From assembly GCF_001194135.2 (NCBI RefSeq), contig NC_068984.1:1476377-1540376 (forward strand): a stretch of 64,000 nt of DNA, written 5' to 3'. The notes under the pieces were generated by a model. That model saw only the letters and a program-made list of their open reading frames with translations. It ran no database searches and had not been told where the DNA came from. Both the position numbers and the translations under genes were made by a program. The DNA comes from Octopus bimaculoides. Its lineage: Eukaryota. This document shows, in pieces, positions 1-24,066 of the stretch (its first letter is position 1; every line of letters starts with the position of its first letter).

Positions 1-600
1 TTCCCTCCAGTGTTGGAGAGCTTCGTCCAACTCCCTGTTGGAACTGGTCCATGTTGGAGAGGAGAGGATGTTGCTCACCAGGGTGGAGCAGGTGTGAATG
101 GAGGAAAGGAAGCAGGGGAGAGAGAGGGATGAACACTTAGGAAGACCAAGACCTCCAAATTGCTCAGGTAATGCAGCCTAATCGCGGGATGTTGGAGAGA
201 GTTTGACATTGACTAAGCATTCAAGTCTCTCAAAGATTAGATTGTTGAAGCGTCGGAGGCACGATGGGAATCAGTAAGATGAGCTGACTCTGAGTAAATA
301 TAGAAGCTTAGGGATCGAGAAGTAATTCCAAAGTATGAAAAACCTCGATTGCTTCAATATTTTTCAGCAACTGCTCAAGGGCAGCCACCTTAGACTAGAA
401 GATAGACTCAAAGGGAAGGTCAGTGATTGGGGCTCCTAGGGAGCACCGAGCCGATGGGGGAGGGGCTACAATGGAAGGGAAGGACTCTGCAAAAAGGTCA
501 ATAGTTGGTTGATGTATCGAAGCCAGGGGGTTGTGGATCCAGAGCTCTACACTTTCCACATGTTCCCTCTACAGTTAGAGATTGGCACTTCTTGATGCCA
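1..600 (-). mobile_element. Degenerate CRE-like (RLE-type) non-LTR retrotransposon, RT C-terminal region
   Basis: The - strand reads LLGAPI...FFILWNYFSIPKLLYLLRVS...LVNVKL...AALPEQFGGLGL...CFLSS, with stops and frameshifts. Confidence 0.6.
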
Positions 601-1253
601 ATGCAGTCTTCCTTCTTGCACACTACATCAGATTCCCAGTTTTTCTCTTAAATCACTTACACTCTGTCATATATGCACCCTGACATTACCCATCCAGCAG
701 AGCATACTGGATTCATTTCTTTCATATCCTCAGTAGTCACAGCCCATGTCTCGCTGCCATGCAGCATAGCTGGTCGTACATAGACATCATACAATCCACC
801 TTTCACTCTGAGGGAGAGGCCTGTCATTACTAACAGAGTTAGCAACTGTCTGAACTTTGTCTAGCTCATTCTTATTCTAGAATCTATGCTTTTAGAACAA
901 CCTCCATCATTGCTAAATTGGTCACCTAAGTAACGGAAACTGTTTACTACTTCTAAGGACCTACCAACAATAACAATGATAATATTCAACATCATAAGGG
1001 ATGCAGTGGTATCATTGAAAGATTAACAGAGAAAGTAATCTTTACATGTGGCAGATGTGCAGGTACATTAAACATTAGGAGTGTACAGAAAATAGACTCC
1101 CTCAAATGACATTTGAGGGAGTCTATTTTCTGTACACTCCTAATGTTTAATGTACCTGCACATCTGCCACATGTAAAGATTACTTTCTCTGTTAATCTTT
1201 CAATGATACCACTGCATCCCTTATGATGTTGAATATTATCATTATTATTGTTG
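600..1253 (-). mobile_element. RTE-clade LINE fragment interrupted by an inverted duplication
   Basis: LEVVNSFRYLGDQ...GLSLRVKGGLYDVYVRPAMLHGSETWAV on the - strand. Confidence 0.8.
965..1253. repeat. Near-perfect palindrome, 144-bp arms, 1-nt spacer at 1109
   Basis: 975-1108 is the exact reverse complement of 1110-1243; one mismatch (974/1244) in the outer extension. Confidence 0.95.
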
Positions 1254-1400
1254 TTGTGTTTAATCCTTTCAGTGGTTGATGAATTAAGTACACATTGCAT
1301 CCTAGGGTCAATGTAATTAACTTGCCCCCTCCCCTGGAATTGTTGGCCTTGTGCCAAAATTTGAAACCAGGAAGGATGGTTAACAAGGAAAATAGTCTTT

Positions 1401-1720
1401 GTGTGTGGAAGGTGCACAGGGACAATAAACACTAAAAATGTACAGAAAATAGACTCCACCAAAAGCCAAGTGGGATACCTAGAAGCAGTTGATAGCTTTC
1501 ATTACCTAGGTGACCAAGCCAGCAGTGGAAGAGGATGCTCCGAAAGCATAGCTGCTAGAATAAGAATAGGCTGGGCAGAGTTTAGCGAGCTCCTACCTTT
1601 GTTGGTAATAAAGGGCTTCTCCTTGAGAGTGAGAGGCAGATTGTAAGATGCCTGTGTGCAAACAACCATGCTACACGGCAGTGAAACATGGGCTGTGACT
1701 GTTGAGTACATGTGTAGGCT
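1401..1720 (+). mobile_element. RTE-clade LINE fragment
   Basis: YLEAVDSFHYLGDQ...ARIRIGWAEFSELLPLL...GRL*DACVQTTMLHGSETWAV. Confidence 0.8.
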
Positions 1721-1816
1721 TGTGTGTTTGGTAGTGGTGGTGGGGTGTTGCACTTTCAGCTTATCCCAGCTGGTCGTGTTGTAAATGCTCACCTTTACAA
1801 TTAGTAACTGCAGCAA

Positions 1817-2258
1817 GTGTATGATGCTTTGAAAACCCACTACCCAGCATTGGTCAATCCAAGATATACACTCTTACAGCATGATAATGCCTCAGCACAC
1901 ATTGCCAATGTGACCGAGTGCAAACTTGAGGAATACGAGGGGCTTGAAGTGCTGCCTCACCCAGCCTACAGCTCAGACCTTGCACCATCAGATTACCACC
2001 TTTTCTGAGCCATAGCTCATTTCCTGCACGGACAGAGGTCCAACAATATGCATGAGGTAGAAAACAGGTGCGGGAAGTGTTTTGCCCCTAAACCAGCCAA
2101 AGAGTATAAGCATGGAATCGAGTTTCTGGCACAACATTGGCAACAAGCAATAAAATATGATGGGGTACATTTTGATGAATAAATGCTTTCCATATGTAAA
2201 TTGTTTGAACTATTAATTAAAGTTTTAAATATGAAAAAACTTTTGACACAACTTAATA
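1817..2258 (+). mobile_element. Mariner transposon 3' remnant
   Basis: LLQHDNASAH...VLPHPAYSSDLAPSDYHLF*...W...DGVHFDE*, followed by a mariner-like end aaaaacttttgacacaacttaa-TA. Confidence 0.85.
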
Positions 2259-2294
2259 TTCTGTAACAAAACAATATTGATCTTTTTATAAAGC

Positions 2295-2676
2295 NNNNNN
2301 NNNNNNNNNNNNNNNNNNNNNNNNNNNNNNNNNNNNNNNNNNNNNNNNNNNNNNNNNNNNNNNNNNNNNNNNNNNNNNNNNNNNNNNNNNNNNNNNNNNN
2401 NNNNNNNNNNNNNNNNNNNNNNNNNNNNNNNNNNNNNNNNNNNNNNNNNNNNNNNNNNNNNNNNNNNNNNNNNNNNNNNNNNNNNNNNNNNNNNNNNNNN
2501 NNNNNNNNNNNNNNNNNNNNNNNNNNNNNNNNNNNNNNNNNNNNNNNNNNNNNNNNNNNNNNNNNNNNNNNNNNNNNNNNNNNNNNNNNNNNNNNNNNNN
2601 NNNNNNNNNNNNNNNNNNNNNNNNNNNNNNNNNNNNNNNNNNNNNNNNNNNNNNNNNNNNNNNNNNNNNNNNNNNN
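2295..2676. other. Assembly gap (others at 10354-10561, 21318-21327, 26728-26737, 30648-30808, 39299-39394, 39854-39886)
   Basis: Runs of N, mostly flanked by microsatellites. Confidence 1.
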
Positions 2677-4852
2677 GTGTGTGTGTGTGTGTGTGTGTGA
2701 ATGTGGACGTGTGTGTGTGTGTGTGTGTGTGTGGATTTGAGTGGGTGTGATTCTTTATCTTTTTTATGTTATGTTGACAGATATATTCTTTATTCTTTAT
2801 GGATCATAAAATAACCCTAAACATACCAGAGCAGAAACGAGGCTGCCTCTATGTGGTTGTTTCATCTGCTAGATTTAACAGCTGAATTTTCCTCAATTTC
2901 CCTTTTACTTTTTAAAACCTGCTTACATTTTTAATTGTAGGTTTACTGGATTAGAGCTGACCTGGGTCAAATCAATCACCACGAATGTTTGCCTATTGAT
3001 TATCCATAAAACAATAACTTTGACCCCATAGCCCTTCTAAGGGGTGCAGCAGCATGGAATGTCAAGAATCACACAACACCTACTTAGAACACATGGAAAT
3101 CATTCCAGCGACAGTATTCCATTGTCACAGACTTACATTCAGGGCTGGATTAATCATCATCATCATCATCAACAGCAAAATATAACATCCATCTTCCATG
3201 GTTGGATGGTTTGACAGGGGCTCGTGAACCAGAGGACAACACCAAGCTCCCCTGTCTGCTTTGGAATGATTTTTATGGCTGGATTCCCTTCCTAACCGTA
3301 ACCGCTTTACAAAATGGACCGAGTGCTTTTTACATGGCACCAGCACTGCCAAAGTCTGCTTTGGAATGGTTTTTATGGCTGGGTACCTTTCCTAATGCCA
3401 AGCACTTTACAGAGTGGACTAGGGACAAATATGATCCATCATAGCTAAGGGGCCTCCGAGCTTGATAGGGTGTGGAGAATTGTGTAGGAGAGCCTTTAAC
3501 TAAAAGAAACCTAAACCTAAAAAATTAAACAAATGTATTTACTGCAATCAAATAAATTTGTCATATTTTTACTTGTTTAAATTTTTGAAACTCCAATAAA
3601 TTTCATTTAAAATCATTGATCCCTCTTTTGATTATTGATCCATCTTTTGATTTATTGGTCCCTTTAGATCTCAGAAGCCATTAAATTTAGCTGAGTCCTT
3701 CTGAATCTATTGAAGTCCTTTTAAGTTTTGGGCCTCTTCATTTAATGAGGCCCTTTTTATTACTATGCTTTGAATTAGCAGAATTGTGGGGGATCCCCCA
3801 AAACCTATTGGCGCAAAGGATCCACTAGATCTAAATTTGGCCCAGCTTACATGATATCATGACTGCTGTCATCTGTCTGTGGTTCCAAGAAGATCACATT
3901 AGTTGGACCCCAAATCATGACTTGTGGATAGTTTGGAGTTTGTAGAAATTATTTAGTACCACCTGCACTCATTCCAAATTTTCAAGACATTGTCAAAATG
4001 GTTGGAAATGGAGTTAGATGCAAAAATTGTTGGAAACTTGGTGGAATTTCGCAAGAAACTGTTTGCAGGACTGTGCCCCCATTATTTTTGCTAGAATTAA
4101 CTGTGTTCTATACATAGACTAAAAGACTATTTGACAATTAATTGGAGATGTGTCAATGACAAGTCTCTGCAATTGTCTTACCTGTAAGATGGTCAGGATT
4201 TGAAATAAAAAATGTTTTTATCTCTGAGATGAATGTTTTAGCAAAAACTAGGTTCTGTAATTCCCTTTCTTACTTCATACTTGAGTATTTCTGGGTTACC
4301 ATCTCAACAAGAACAACAACAACAATTCTAGACCTAATTTCTTTCCCGTACTTTTGGCAATACTGATAATATGATTTGGTCAGTGGAAACTGAAAGAAGC
4401 CTGTTGTATGTGTGTGTGTGTGTAATTTATAGATGAGAATCAGATATTCTCCGTATAGAATACACCTAGTTCGGCTCAAAAGGTCTAAACTCGAGCGAGT
4501 GGAGGAGTAAATGTAAGGCTAAGCAAGTTAGGCAGGTTGATATACAAAGAATATTTAATACATTAAATACAAAAAAATGCATTTATGTTTAGATACAAAA
4601 AGGTTTGACTTATACAGAATAGAAATGATATCAAAAATTAAAGCGGTTGAAGAAAAGTGTAACAAATTCAGCAGCTGTTTCTGGGGGCTCAGTGGTCCAA
4701 AATAATGATTGTAAATTGATTCCAATGTTGGATGAAATAGTAAGGAGATAAATCTCCTTCCTATCAACATCTCAAAACATGTTTGGCCATGGAAAAATGA
4801 TGATGATGATGATGATGATGATGACGACGATGACAACAATGACAACAACAAC

Positions 4853-4886
<34 letters not shown>

Positions 4887-5486
4887 GCTTGTTTGGTAAC
4901 AGGTGAGGGATGGCAACAAGAAGGGCATCTGGTCATAGAAAATCTGCCTCAATGAATTCTGTCTGAACCAAGCAAGCATAGAAGTGTGGACATTAAAATG
5001 ATGAATAAAGTTTCCATTGTCTACATTTGGGGTACTTTCCCCCTGCTCCAGAGCCACAGATCTTATACAAAGTGTATTAGCAGTAGTTGAATGGAGGCAT
5101 GTATTGTAATAGCTCTTCACTGCATCCACCATTTGTTGGTGTTTCCCTTCTACTTTTGGCAGATGACATCTTTGCACCACTCAGGTGACAACCCTCCAAC
5201 CCAAGGGAGTAGTCTCTGCTGGTGCAGGTTTTACGAGGTCAGAGTGCAAATCTTACCCCAACCTTTTTTATTTGTCTTTTACGACAGACAGAGAAAGCGT
5301 TGGGTCTATTCTTTAACAAGCCTGTCTCCCACAACGTGTATTGAAGAAAGTAAATTCAATGAAACTATTGAAACAGATTGTTTTTTTTTTAAATTTGTAT
5401 AATTTCGATATTTATTTATTATTGATCCCTGTGCATTTAATTATGAGTTTAATTTAATGTTTTTTTATTTTTCATCTGGCTTACAG

Positions 5487-16152
<10,666 letters not shown>

Positions 16153-17471
16153 GTAAGTGAATAGGTGAAGGTTTCAAATCTTCCTAACACCATTTAGTCA
16201 TTTTATTTCCCATTGTGTTTAACATTTATGTTAAGAGAAACAAGTATGTAATAGATTGATAATTACTTATGCACAGGTCAATATATTGGTAACTAATGTA
16301 CTGATCATTATATCAGTAATTAGCAATGTATGGCTCAATATATCGGTAATTAACTATGTATAGACCAGAGGTTACTGCTGCTGTTGTAGTTCAGCTCAAA
16401 GTCAGCTTTGATTGAGAAGACTTAATATGAAAGATTCAGTTATGAAGATCTTGTTTTTTTTTGCTCAGTAATTTTATAATACTGTATCCCAAGCTACATA
16501 ATCAAATGAACCTATATTTAAGACAGGATTCTACACCCAAATCTCTTTTTCTATTGTCTAATTATTATATCCTATAGTTGATAACCCTAAGGTGTGCAGT
16601 TCTACCTAAGGTATTGAAACTGCTATCAACTTTAATGATACAGCTGATGAGGGTTTAAGTTTTGTTTATTTTCTTCATTTGTAACATTTGCTTGTTCTGT
16701 TGTTATAGTTTATGCCACTTCTTATATATATGTCATGTTTCTTGTTAGTTTTCTTTTTCTTGAATGGTCGATTGAATAAAACCTTAGATTTGGGTATAGA
16801 ATCCTGTCTTGAATATAGACACATTAGATTATGTAGCTCGGGATACAGTATTATAAAAAGGCACATTTCTGTGTCTAAGTCAATAGTAATTGAAACAAAA
16901 GGAAAAATAATGTAGGTCTACTTTCAATGAAAACATGTTTAGCCAAGGAGAGTTGTAACCTTCAATGGAAGCATCGTTTGTGACAGGAAGGGCATCAAAA
17001 TATAGAAAATTTACCTCAATGAATTCCATCTGACTCATGCAAGCATTGCAAAGTGAATGCTAAGGCAATGATGATGATGGTGATGATGGGTCAAACAAAA
17101 GGTTACATTTAATCATCTACTGTCTTTGTATTATTTTTGAAACAGAAATTCTTTTACAGAATTTAGTTTGTTTCTAAGTTCAAAATCTAATAGAATTATT
17201 TTTGCCTTTCAATTCTCTGTTGTCAATAACACAAGTATCAGTAATATACTGGTGTTAACTCATCAAACTATACTCCTTTCTTAATAAAAATTGAGCTTCT
17301 GCAATTAACCTTTCCATAATTAGTTTCATCTTAAATGTTGAGTTCAGATCCAACCAGTGTTGACTTGCCATTTATCCTTCTGGAGTTAATCTATGGTCAA
17401 TTCCACCAGCTAAACTCTTTCCTTACAAGTTTGGCAACTTGTGTTCATGTGAAATCATTTTTATTTTTCAG

Positions 17472-17494
17472 GTTATGAACAGCCCCACAGATAA
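17472..17494 (+). CDS. Candidate last coding exon of the CDKL gene ((S)YEQPHR*)
   Basis: Strong acceptor tttttatttttcag; the phase-1 join gives 7 codons and TAA. No homology support. Confidence 0.3.
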
Positions 17495-19479
17495 ATGTAC
17501 CATCGGATCATATATGGGACGAAAAGGAAAAAAAAAACTGTTTTAGGTCTTTGAGCTGGTCTTCCAAAGGATAAAAAGAAATTTCTAATTTCGCATTTAC
17601 TGAGAAATTCATTTTGTTTGTCAAAATGGTAAATCAGAACCTTAATTTTGGTTAAATTGTTAAAGATACAGAGTTTATTTCATCACCTATTCATCTTCAG
17701 AAAAGGCAGGAATGACAGAACATTCAAGATTCTGTTGGAGATTCTTCAACCAATATCCCTTTCTTCATTTCTCTCTATTGAAAAGGCAAGTCATCTCTAC
17801 AGATTTCACAGAACTAATCAAGTTTCCATGAAACAGTTTAAAATCTGCAACATAAGGAAACTGTGTTGTTGGCAAGAATTTGTCCAAAAGGGAGTTTCTT
17901 AATGATTCATTGCTCAAAGCAAATTAACTTGCCAATTTCCTTTCATGAGTGTCCAAGAAAGATCATTAGAATCTTTTTTGACACGAGAATTGCACCTGCG
18001 TGAATCAGTAAGCTTCCAGAAGACTGACCAAAAGGTCATCAATTTGTTTTCTGTTGTCATGTAATATGCTTCTGGCAAAGAGATTCCAGTCTTAATGGCT
18101 TTGGTTCAGTATAAATGATACTGCGGTAAGGTGAAGTGAATTACTCTAAACAACAAAAGTATAATAAATTTTATTTGATTCCTATACTGAACTGAAATCC
18201 TTGTCATTATTATAAAGGAACTCTGTGTGGAACTATATGTACAACACATACAAGTAAATGTGTGCTTTTACACATACAAATGTACAATATGTGTGTGTGT
18301 GTATATACATGTCTCCTTATCTTGACATCGTTTGATATTTATGAAGAGGTATCACTGTCATACAAGTGGTGTCTTCGTGGAATAAGTGATCTCTTATTTG
18401 AAAAACAGGTGAATGGTGTGCCAGGAATGATATGCAGCTGTAAAATAATGTCTCAAATAACATATTCCTACAACCCATACAAGCATGGAGAAATGGATGT
18501 AAAACAAATAAACGAACATGTATAAGCTGTTACTTTGCTATTTTGTTTTAACCTCTTTCTCTGCAAACTAGTTAGATGGTAACCTTGTTCTAGCCTCAAC
18601 AGAATTGTTTTTACAAGTTTTAATACACATACAAATTCTGTGATTTTCTTTTTGCTGAAATTCAAACATGACAATATCTATTTCTATGTACATTTCTACA
18701 ATATAAATTGTAACTTCACCCACCTTGATTGTTGAACATTAATATCTAAAAGTTGCCATTTTTGATTTCTGTCCTATTTTAGAATGCATTCACATTCTAA
18801 AATAGTGCTGTGTAATTATTATTATATTATTTTACACTCCAGATCTGATGCCATCTCCATTTTTGTTGGTATTTAAGAAATAAATGAGCCAGTATAATTA
18901 ATTATTGTTGTTATATCTATGAATACCTTTCAAGTTTCCTACTTTGGTGATCACTGATGTTGAAACAAGCTGACAATTCGTGACCTGAAAACTTCTGAAC
19001 AAACATTTTTGTAATGAAAAACGTTTTGTGACTACAACAGCTCAGAACATATTTTATTTGTTTTATTTGTTTGATCGAGGAACAGTTTCCAAACACTTTC
19101 ACACTTTGTACTCTGTCAGCCGCAAACTATTTTTGTTTTGGTTGTCAAATCAGCCAAACTGTTTTTAACAATTTGGAACCATGTTTCATCTTGTTATTAT
19201 TGCACAAGGTAACAGTAGCCAACCAACATGAAATATCATCTGGTCAAGTGGAACATTGACCAAATAATGGCACAAAAATAGCATAATTTATAAAAATATG
19301 TAAATTGTGGAATCAATACTTTTAAGAATCCTAAAAAACCCCCAAAAAACCAAGATTAAAAGAATTATGGCAGTAATTCCTGGTTTACGTACGCAGATTG
19401 GAAAAATCTATGCAATAATATAACAATCAATGGAACAGTTTAAAATTTCTTTTCAGTCAAAATTTATCATTTCAACATT

Positions 19480-19985
19480 TTAAACTCTTTTAAACACACA
19501 ATTCCATTATCTAGCATCCAGTAACATGTATTTTCCTTCTCAGCAACACAAAAATATATTTCCAGTCTCTCATACAGCAACACATATTTACCAAGTCTAC
19601 CATGTAGTGGCATATATTTTACAAGAAAACACACCAGTAACATGTCTACCATGTAGTAGACAGGAATTTTCCTAGTCTAGCACCCAGCAAAATGTATTGC
19701 ATTTTCCTACTCAACCACACATTAACACATCTTTCACTAGTCTTATTAGCTGGTAATATTTATTTTCCTAGTCTACCATCCACCAAAACCTTTTCTATTT
19801 TCTACCTCCCAGAAACAAATATTTTTCCAGTCCCCTGCCCAGCATTTGCCCCTCAACAGCTTTTGCACTTTATTAACCTACCTCCAACTAACATGTATTT
19901 TCTTATTCTACCACCTGGTAATATTTATTTTCATAGTCACCTAATCAGAATCCCTGTGTTTTCCTAGTTCTCTACCCAGAAGAAT
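19480..19985. repeat. Degenerate tandem repeat (ttttcctagtctacc-like units, about 40 bp)
   Basis: Recurring cctagtct/ctaccatg/tatttt motifs. Confidence 0.5.
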
Positions 19986-22900
19986 CCATTTTCTTCCTCT
20001 CACGGACCTAGTACATTCTGTGAAGAGGTAGGCAAATGATTGTCTGTAGGGGTAGAAGCTATTTTAGTCTTTCCAAAAAGATAACAACCTCTCCAGTACT
20101 GGCGCTACGGGAGAATGAACCCATTGCACATGCTAATGTGGTTGGTGATAGGAAGGACAGCCAGCTATGGGAAACAGGTCAACATTTAAGTGGAATGTGG
20201 TCCTTTGTCTCATCCAAGAGGGAAAGAACTCCAAATAAAAACTGTCTCCGATTAAGGTGACCAATTTGATTGATATCAACTTGGCAAACAGACTGTAAAA
20301 TGAAGATAATGAAATGGAAAGAAGGTGATTCTCTCAATTCTAAAATTCATGCAACTTACCATAAACTGGTGCCATATTAATTAAACAAAACATTAAGGAA
20401 AAAAACCACAAACAAAAGAATGAAGTCAAAGACAAAGCATGATTAAATAACAATTTATTATTTAAGGCATTAGGAAATTTAGGGGGAAAGGAGAGAAATT
20501 AGAAGACTGGTGGGGTTAGTAGGAACTCCAAGAACAACAACAAAGGATTAAGTCTTCCTATTACTTGCATAGGCGTAAAAAACCTTAGCAGCAGACAGAA
20601 GAAAGTGAGGAGTTGAAATGAGTGTCTCTTTCTCAGAATAATTTATGAAGTGAAACATTTCCAACTGAGAATTGAAACAAAAATGCAGACTTTAGAAATT
20701 GCTGAAAACTTTAGTCAATATTATTGTTGTACACACACACACACACACACAAACACACGTAAAGGAAGTCATGTTTAGGTCTGGTTTTAGTCAACAGTTT
20801 CATACAAACATTACTATTATTATTATTATTGTTGATTAAGGCAGAACCATTAGCACACTGATCAAAGTGCTTTATGGTCTGAGTTCAAATTCTGTCGAGG
20901 TTGACTTAGTGTTTCATCCTTTTGAGGTCAATAAAATCAGTACCAGTTGTGCAATGGGGTTTAGCTACTTGCCCCAAAATTGCTGGCCTTGTACCAAAAT
21001 GAGAAAGTCTTACAACCATTAATAGGGTAGCAAGATGGCAGAATCATTAGTGTCAGAAAAATGCTTATTCGTTCTTCTGAGTTCAAATCCCAGAAGAATG
21101 AAAGGTGAAGTTGACGTTGGTGGGATTTGAACTCGGTATGCAAACAGCTGTAACTGGTTGCTGCTGTGCATTCTGTCCAATGCTCAAATGATTCCTCTAA
21201 ATTGCTGCCTTATGCAAGTTCATATAATAATAATAAAAATGTTATAATCCACAACAATGGCCATTTTCTTTCTTTCAGTACAAACTTTAAGTCCAGAGTA
21301 CTTTATATTGTAGTGGGNNNNNNNNNNAAAGAGAGAGAGATTGAGAGATTTAGTAGCAATTATGCTAAACGTATGAGTGTACAATACAAAGATTGTTTCA
21401 TATTTCTTAGGATAAAAGTGTTTAAAGGAAATCTATCCCAATTTCATGTGTGTGTAACTGTAGACACTAACACCTGCCCAATACTCTCAAACCAGTTGGA
21501 ATATGTGTGTACATGTGTGGTATGGATGTGTGAGAGGAAGGAGAGTCCCTTTGGTAAGGGATGTGCCGATTCCTTTACAGGACAACTCACATGCCACTAG
21601 TTCTCAGCATCGTGTACATACCTTCCACCTTTTGCTCCACAAACTGTCTCTATGTCACAGTGTGCCACCTCCGGAGCAAATAGTGTGGGCAGTGAAATTC
21701 TTTAAGGGGTTCTCTCTCTGTATATGAAGACTGGATTTCTACCACCACATCACAGCAGGACACATGTACCTCAGAACATGGTGGCACATACTGATGCATA
21801 TCCAGTATATCTCCGCTCATACTGGTCTGGCTTCTCATAGGTCCAGAGAGAGAGAGAAAGAGAGAGAGGCCAGTTATCTGGTGCAGTCATTCCTATCCAA
21901 GTCCAGACTCTGACTTTTTAGAATCACAAATAAACGGCAAACATTTTGTTGCAGCAGTCAATATATTACATAATATTGCAGTTCAGTAGTTTTGTAGCTC
22001 ATGATGAAACATGGAAGGGGTAATAGAGGTGAGATTAGTTGATACTCGTAGCTATGTGCTGTTTCTGAAGCTCTTTAATGCAGTGGTACCTAAGATGTAG
22101 AATTTTGGTCATTTTCAAAAATGATGGATGAACAAGAATGATGAGAATGTTCATGTGTAAAAACGTATGTGTATATGTCTGTTCGTGTTATGTATATGTA
22201 CTACAGTCACTTAAATCCATGTTTATCAGACTGCAACTTGCATTATTTTATGCCTTTCTGGGAATCAATATTTATGAACCAGGTGTAGGTTTAAAGTGAA
22301 TTCCTTCCTTGAAACACAAGTTTACAATCACCATGCAAGTATGATCGACAGTTGCAGTAGTGTGAAAACCAAGTCATGATAAAAGAAATTCAGTTTAAAT
22401 CAACCACATACTCTTCAACATGTATTGAGTTCTCTCTTCATTCATTCAACAAAAGTCAACATTTCAATATATTACACACACACACATACATAAATATATC
22501 ATTCTTGTTTAATGTCTGTTTTCCATGAAGGCATGGGTTGGACACATAAATAAATGAAATTTACATATAATAGACTCTACTCATTTCACAAACAAGTGTT
22601 CAGCGCTTCCATGTTTCTGCATGTAGAATCATAAACTATATAAAGTATACCATTGAAAATGTAATTCAGGAAGAACCAAGGTAATTTATGAATTGTTAAT
22701 ACAAAGAAAAAAAAAATGTTAAAAATAAATAGCCATTTTGGAACCAATTAATCTTATATTTTACAAAGAATAACTGCATGGAAAGCCAACAAAAATTCAA
22801 TTTTCGTAGCCACCTTTTGCCAGTTCAGGAGTTTGGAAGGTGGAATTGTCATTATTTGGTAATATATATAAAAAGCAGTTAACACATTGAAAATAAAAGA

Positions 22901-23070
22901 TTCATTTCTAAAACTTTATGGATTTTTTTTTGGGCTACAAATCTGGCAAGTAAAAGGCCTTGGGTGTTGTGGGGAGAAGGAAACAAGAAATTTCTAGAAA
23001 ATATGAGAAAGAGTTGAGGTTAGAATCTGATAGAAGAGGTGGGACTTAAAGATGAAGTTAATCACTTTAC

Positions 23071-23127
<57 letters not shown>

Positions 23128-23848
23128 CTTATACACAGACATATACGTATATGTTTTATATATTTATATGTATACATACACATACATATAAATGTTTTAT
23201 ATATATATATATACATACACACACGTGTATAAATTCCTTATATATATATATATAAACATTTGGAATATATATACATGGTAGTATTCGTTGGCTATTGATT
23301 AGAAGATTTCTAGTTAAAATCCTAAATTCCCTTTGTAAATAAAAAAAAAAAAAAGGGACCATTTAATATAATACAACTATGATGCTATCCAAACAGTTGG
23401 GCTTACAGAAAGTAAACATTTGTTGAATTACTGCTTGAAGCCCCCTTAGATCATCATCAAGGTTAGAGTCAAATGGGCAAAATATTTATATAAGAGACAG
23501 GATGAAGGAATATATTTGGTCAGATAGGTCCAGCATAGCTCTTTTTATTACACTAGTGACCCATAATTGGGGAATGCAAGGATTAAAAACACTTTTTAAA
23601 TTATTTGTAAACTTATTTAGTTAATTACATTTATTCTCATTTAAACACCAGAAACAGCTTGAGGTCCAATGGTTAGATAAGATATTGAACTCTCAATTCA
23701 TGCATTCTGAGCTTATATCTAGTGTTCATATTTCGTTGCATTTATTTTTACGTCTCTCAGTTCTTCATAAACCAATGTTTAAGACTTCCAACACAAGGTC
23801 TTCAAGGTCTTCTGAGTGATTATATTTGTCAACAAGATTCTTGCTTAA

Positions 23849-24066
23849 CCCTTTCATTACCAAACCGGCTGAAACTGGCTCTGAAACTTATGAAATGTCC
23901 TGTTTTCATAAGTTTTGAATTAAAATCTTCCCCCAAACCTTAGTCACAATTTATGGTCCTAACACTAGCTGAATGATAACTAAGTTATTTTACTAAACTC
24001 TTTGTTACATTTAAAATAATTGAAAGAAACACAGAGCATCTCAAAAGAAATATGGTAACGAAAGGG
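23849..24066. mobile_element. piggyBac-type MITE, 218 bp
   Basis: TTAA|CCCTTTCATTACCA ... TGGTAACGAAAGGG|TTAA; 13/14 TIR match and a TTAA target duplication. Confidence 0.88.

Noticed and set aside
16578-16611. Possible extra CDKL exon after cctatag
   Set aside because: The required phase-1 frame stops after 10 codons and the donors are weak; no support.
17500-18140. Coding-looking stretch with a - strand acceptor (ccttaccgcag at about 18122)
   Set aside because: Every frame on both strands hits stops within a few dozen codons and there is no recognisable homology; more likely 3' UTR or intergenic.
21500-21840. Possible L1/Tx1 zinc-finger remnant
   Set aside because: Only vague Cys/His spacing after assuming several frameshifts; not supportable.
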